Shown here: in pieces, positions 20,025 to 25,270 of the stretch | How positions within the stretch are numbered: the first letter of the stretch is position 1 | Layout: each line of letters opens with the position of its first letter | NCBI GenBank assembly: GCA_022813965.1 | Contig: JALDZS010000041.1 | Span: forward strand, 124,001 to 149,270 | Reading direction: 5' to 3' | Source of the DNA: Toensbergia leucococca | Lineage: Eukaryota | Length of the DNA stretch: 25,270 nt | Notes under the pieces: generated by a model | The model's input: the letters and a program-made list of their open reading frames with translations, nothing else | The model's database searches: none | Told to the model about the DNA's origin: nothing | Position numbers and translations under genes: made by a program

Positions 20025-22242
20025 ATGGTCTCCTTCAAGCTTGACCATCAACCTCATGTCACTGATCTTGACCTGGTTTCATGGACGTTGGGAAATGATG
20101 AATATGATCAAGACAAGCCTGTACGATTCATCCATGTACTTCCTCTCCATTCGTCTGATGATATATAGATTTTAATCGATGTCACAAACCCTCATCGTTT
20201 CATCACTGCTAAAAAAGCTCGGACTACAGTACGGAAACTCGTTGCTGGATTTCATGCTATAGGATTGAGCCCTGGTGACTGCGTCTGTGTACACTCTTTC
20301 AATGAAGTATAAACTCGAAGGCCTTTAGCACCCTCCGTGGACCAGTTTTTGTGGCTAAATCGTCCCAGATCAACTATCCCTTATTGTATCTAGGCATCAT
20401 CGGTGCTGGAGGGCGATTCACTGGCTCGAACCCAGGGTATACTTCGTGGGAACTGGTCCACCACGTCCGGACTGCCGATGTCAAATACATTATTGCTGAG
20501 CCTCATATGCTACCCACTGTCCTTTCAACTGCAAAGGAATGCAACATCCCAGACTCGAGCATCTATGTCTTTGATGCTTTTGATCACGGCCCTTGTAGCG
20601 GTCTTCGATCATGGGAAGAGCTTCTTCAGCATGGCCAGGAAGATTGGGTAAGACTGGACAATGCCAACACAATCAGAGATACGATAGCATCCCTTTCATT
20701 CACAAGTGGCACCACTGGTCTCCCAAAGGCTGCCATGATTCCACATTCGTATGCTGTTTCCCAAAGCTTTGCTCTTCAAAGCCCCCCTAAGCCCTACAAG
20801 GTAGTCCTCGCAGGAGATCGGGAGTAGATAGATAGCTAACAGGTTTTTAGGTCTCACGTCTTCTTTGCCTTCCTGCATTTCACGCCTTTGCCACTCCATT
20901 ACACTGTGCCAACCCGTTGCGAGAAGGACATTCGGCGTACATCATGCGTCGATTCGACATACAGCATTTCCTCGAGGCAATAGAGCGTTTTCGAATCACA
21001 GAACTTTTCATGGTCCCACCTATGATAGTTGCTTTGTTGATGAGTCCACTAACACAGAGAGAGCTTCTACAATCCATTCGCTATCTATGGAGCGGCGGTG
21101 CTCCGTTACGTAGTCTGATACAATGCCAGATGCAAGCATTGCTGTCCCCAGAAGCAAAGGTTTCGCAGGTATGGGGCATGACCGAAAGCGGGTGGACAAC
21201 TTGCTTTTCATGGCCAGAGGGAGACGAAACGGGTAGTGTAGGAAGGGCTCTGCCAAGTATGGAAATGAAGTTGGTTTTCTTTTTATTTATGGCAATCTTA
21301 AGATCATACTAAAGCAGATATAGGCTTATAGATTTGGACGGTAACGTGGTTGACGAAGATCACAAGCAAGGAGAACTCTATGTAAAGGGTCCTTGCATGA
21401 TGCTGGGTTATCTTGGCAACCAAAAAGCAAGCGAAGCTGCGTTTGATGCCGATGGCTGGCTAAGAACGGGAGATATTGCATACTGTAACCAAGGGAAATG
21501 GTATGTCGTCGACCGTAAAAAGGTATGCTCATATCCCAAAAGTTGATCAAGCCGTTGCTGTGGTCCGATCGAATCTCTTATTTTTGATTAGGAACTCATC
21601 AAAGTGCGCGGCTGGCAAGTAGCCCCCGCCGAGCTTGAGAGCGTCTTACTTGCTCATCCCCAGATCATTGATGCTGCCGTAATCGGGATCCCTCTTCCTG
21701 ATGGCACAGGTGAAGTTCCTCGCGCCTACGTAGTGAGGAGAAAAAAAGCTCTTGACGTGACTTTCAACAGCACTGCCAACGGTCAACACAGGACCAACGA
21801 CGAGACCAAGGGCGAGAACCCAAACCCCTACAGCACTATCAATGGAGAGCACCATAGCAACGGCGTCACCAACGGCACCAACGGCGTCACTAATGGGACC
21901 GATCAAAACGGCACAGCAGACAGAAACCACTCCATAAACGGCGCTCACCCACCAAGCGACAGTACCCTGCACGAAGTTGAAATTCTCGCCGACGGCCTTG
22001 TCCACTCCACCTCCACCCTCCTAACCCCCTCTCTTACCCCCTCCCACACCAATCTCATTCAAGCCGACGTCCAAGAAGAGGACATCAAACTCTACCTCGC
22101 TACCCGGCTCGCCAAGTACAAGGCTCTCGATGGCGGCGTCCGCTTCGTGGATGTCATTCCCAAGAACCCGAGCGGGAAGATTCTGAAACGCGTGCTGAGG
22201 ATTGAGGCGCAGGCGGAGGAGGGGGAGGCTGTGGGGGCGTAG
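20025..22242 (+). CDS. afeA: Adenylate-forming enzyme, 4-coumarate-CoA-ligase-like (AfeA-like); exons 20025-20120, 20169-20306, 20369-20800, 20851-21269, 21324-21522, 21592-22242; 644 aa
   Basis: AMP-binding signature [74 protein letters not shown], catalytic Lys in [12 protein letters not shown]. Five GT..AG introns keep frame. The afeA symbol rests on family plus adjacency to tmpA. Confidence 0.88.
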
Positions 22243-23175
22243 GATTGGTTGAGGCAAGGGATTCAGGTGTGTAGTTGGATTGGGCGGCGGGGTTGGTTTT
22301 GGCGTTAGGATCGGGGTAAGGGATAGCGATTCAGGGGTGGTTGGATCGGGCGGGGATTGGATATGGGATATTTGGGAATGTTATGATATTGATGGCATAT
22401 TCGGACTAGCGGCTTGATATACCTTTAGAGCGTTATATTGATTCGCACCCAAATGACTCGGGAATCACCTCTATTGGATCGCATCTGTTCGGGAGACAAC
22501 GATTCCGTTGCATTATGCCACGAGAACTGCCGCATAGGTATGATAATGATTCCATGATGTTATGGTGCGGATATGGCGGTCAGACGCATCGGGTCCAGCA
22601 GTACCTGAATGCTTCCTAAATGCTTGTTATGACTTCATGGCACCATGCATCTATCCTTTATATAGAGGATATTGCTTCGTAATGAAGCCGGCTCTTTGGC
22701 TTTTAGTTTGAATACTATACACACTACACAGCTACTAGCTATTCCCTCCATATACGTAGAGCACGTTGCCTAGCCCCCTGACCCGACCCCCTTATTCAGT
22801 TATAAAGTCTGGGGTCGTCACAGTTCTGGTGACGATTTGCACGAAGTAAAAGTAAACCTCTATATAAATCTACCAGTCTCCATTCTCGGGCGTCATGCTC
22901 CACCTTTACAATTCGTTGATTGTTTGTAAAGACTTCTTGAGGCATCCGACCAAGATCTTCATTATTTTTTCCCTGAGATTTGAGATTGTGCAATGAATTG
23001 GTATATGAGCGATTGGTAAATGTTGATGGCACTCGTGGGTTTTGAAACAGAAAGGAACATTTTTCCATGCCACCGGCAAGCCCCATCGCCTAAACCTTCC
23101 TTCTCCAATCTACATCAACTTCACTCGACCGCACCACCTCACACCCTCTCCCTCCACTCTCAAACCAACAAGATC

Positions 23176-23950
23176 ATGCACTTCCCCTTGTCCACCCTCC
23201 TCCTCCTCCTCCTCCTCACCCCCCTCACCCCCGCCTCAACCGCCCCCCAAAAAACAGCAACAATCTACGCCCTCATTCACCACCCCACTCCTCTCGCAAC
23301 CCTAACCTACCACCCCCTCCCCCCCCACAACCCAACCCTCCTAACCTTCCACCCGCCACCCCTCTCCCCCACCAACAACGACTCCCTCACCCCCATCAGC
23401 CTCCACCCAACCACCGACACCACCTCCCGCACCACCCTTACCTCCACCCTCGCGCTCCAGGATCCGGCAAAGGGCCGCTTTCGCCTGGTTTTGGATCGGG
23501 AGGGGGAGCCGTGGGGGGTTAGTTGGCGGGCTTCTACTACTGTTGTGGTGAAGGGGGGGGAGGAGGAGGAGAGGGGGGGGTTTGATATCTTGGCTGTGGC
23601 GGTGGCGCCGGAGCCGGTGCTTGTTGCTAGGAGGGTTGGGGGTGGGGAGGGGGGGGTGGGGGGGAGGGGGGAGGAGGTGGAGGAGAAGACGTTTTTGAGG
23701 AAGTGAGTTTTTTTCTCTTTTTGGTTTTTTTTTTGGTTTGCGCCCTTTACCCTGGTTCTTTGTTCTGGTCTTTTTGCTGCCTTTTGTTTTTTTTTGTTTT
23801 GGATTATTTTTTTGGGAGGGGGCGGAGAAGGAACTTTGGGCGTTTTGATGGCTGACTTTTTATGTGTTTTCTCGCTGGAAATTTAGGTATTGGTGGGTTT
23901 TTCTCGGAGTTACCATCTTGGCCATGGTTAGTGGGGGCGGGGATAAGTGA
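23176..23950 (+). CDS. emc10: ER membrane protein complex subunit 10-like protein; exons 23176-23702, 23887-23950; 196 aa
   Basis: Signal peptide MHFPLSTLLLLLLLTPLTPA and spliced C-terminus EEVEEKTFLRK|YWWVFLGVTILAMVSGGGDK*, which fits the EKSFxxKYWW+TM pattern of fungal EMC10. Intron 23703-23886 (GTGAGT..GCTGAC..TAG). Confidence 0.78.
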
Positions 23951-24843
23951 GCTTTGGGTGGACCGGAAAGCGGTTTTCGAAGAAATGGATCGGAGTTCTT
24001 TCTAGGTACTATTCATCACCATCTACTCGTACCATTGATGCATACAGATGATTCATATCGCGTTCAAAGAAAAATGGAGATGCCTCGACTATTTTGTATA
24101 TGAGTCTCATATCGCGTTCCGCAAACCGCCGACACTTTCCCCACTTTTCCACACATAACTGCAACCTCCCCCCTCTCCTCCCCCTCCTCTCTCCTCCTCA
24201 CTCCTCACTTTCCCCCCCGCTCTCCTTCACAGCAACCACCTCAAACTCCTCCCCTCTCATCTTCACTCCCCACCCCGCTCTTCCTCATAACCTCTCACAC
24301 TCCCCACTCCTCACCCCCCTCTCCCCTCCTCCTACCCATCCCACAACCTCCGTAACCCCGAACCCTCAACCCCAAAACCATCCCCCTCTCAAACCCAAAG
24401 CAAAAACAAGAAAGTCATGTTCTGAAACACCTCACTCCCCGCCCCCCTCTCTCCTCAAAAAATGGTCTTTTGTGAGGTTTGATGTTCATTGCTACGCCCC
24501 TTTGGTTTCTTTGTACTGTATTGCTTTTCTTTTGGTTTTATTTTTTGGTTTTCTTGAATTTCGGATTTTTTGGGGGTGGGATCTGGGGTTTTTTGGGGGG
24601 TGGGGTGGGAGGGGAGGGAGAAGGGGAGAAGGGAAGAGGGAGAAAGGATTGGGAGGGGGAACGTGTTGCAAGCACCCCTCCATCGCTGGTATATCCTTCA
24701 CTGAGACTCGGAACTCTTTTTCCCTTTTTCTCCTTTTTTTATTATTTTTGAGTTTTTTTTTTGGGGGGTGAGGTTGAGTGAGGGATGTTGTCTGTTAGTT
24801 TTTTGTTTGAGATGAGAGTGAGGATGTGAATGAGTGTAAGCAA

Positions 24844-24880
24844 GGGATTGAGATTGAGATTGAGACTGGGATGGGGATTG
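24844..24880 (+). repeat. Degenerate hexamer repeat (GAGATT/GGGATT)n
   Basis: gggattgagattgagattgagactgggatggggattg. Confidence 0.7.
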
Positions 24881-24911
24881 AGGATGATAGGGTAGCACTT
24901 TCTTTATTTCA

Positions 24912-25103
24912 TTTTTTTTTAATTTTTTTTTTTTTTTTTTTTTTTTTTTTGGCTTTGGTGAGGTTTTCTTGAAATACTTCTGAAATGATTTTTTGAGGGA
25001 TGTGTGAATTTTCCCATAGGCTTGGGAACGGGGGGCAGTTTGTCAAGATGAACAACTTTATTTTTCATAAGATATCAGAAAAACTGTTAGACTTTTCTGA
25101 TCG

Positions 25104-25158
<55 letters not shown>

Positions 25159-25197
25159 GGGGGGGGGGGGGGGGAGGGGGGGGGGAGAGGGCGGGGT
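24912..25197 (+). repeat. Homopolymer region: poly-T tracts (~24912-24950, 25105-25136) followed by a long G run (25137-25197)
   Basis: Directly visible T runs of about 27-32 nt and a nearly pure G stretch of ~50 nt. Confidence 0.9.
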
Positions 25198-25270
25198 TTG
25201 TGTGATATGGATGGCTACCTTGGTTTGTAAGTTTTTTTCTATTTTGTTAAGGAGGGATTGTTGTTGGGGT

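Noticed and set aside
22531..22613. Possible C/D box snoRNA (TGAT-containing 5' part, CTGA near 22606)
   Set aside because: No canonical RTGATGA box C, and I cannot identify an rRNA-complementary guide.
24094..24771. 225-aa ORF and neighbours
   Set aside because: TTG start, and the open frame is explained by stop-poor C-rich then G/T-rich low-complexity DNA.

Overview
Intron-containing filamentous ascomycete (Pezizomycotina) genomic DNA. A lichen-forming/Lecanoromycete-like source is my guess only. Eight protein-coding genes can be spliced by hand with canonical GT..AG introns and CTRAY-like branch points: ncb2 (NC2-beta), a BTB/POZ protein with a C-terminal ubiquitin-like domain, an uncharacterised glycosylated membrane protein, a rhodanese+PTP tyrosine phosphatase (Pyp1/Ptp2-like), an acyltransferase-3 (minus strand), a TmpA-like membrane flavoprotein, an AfeA/4CL-like adenylate-forming enzyme and an EMC10-like protein. 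The most notable observations are: (1) a 113-codon acidic, repeat-bearing ORF inside ncb2 intron 2 that can be spliced in frame onto the histone fold; (2) a tmpA + afeA-like pair with a divergent acyltransferase, all three preceded by the same TACTCCGTAC 10-mer, a candidate signal-metabolite module; (3) the BTB-UBL fusion; (4) a ~337-bp MITE-like element with 39-bp inverted ends; (5) sharp C-rich to G-rich strand-composition flips at the right end. All calls come from reading the sequence; no searches were run.
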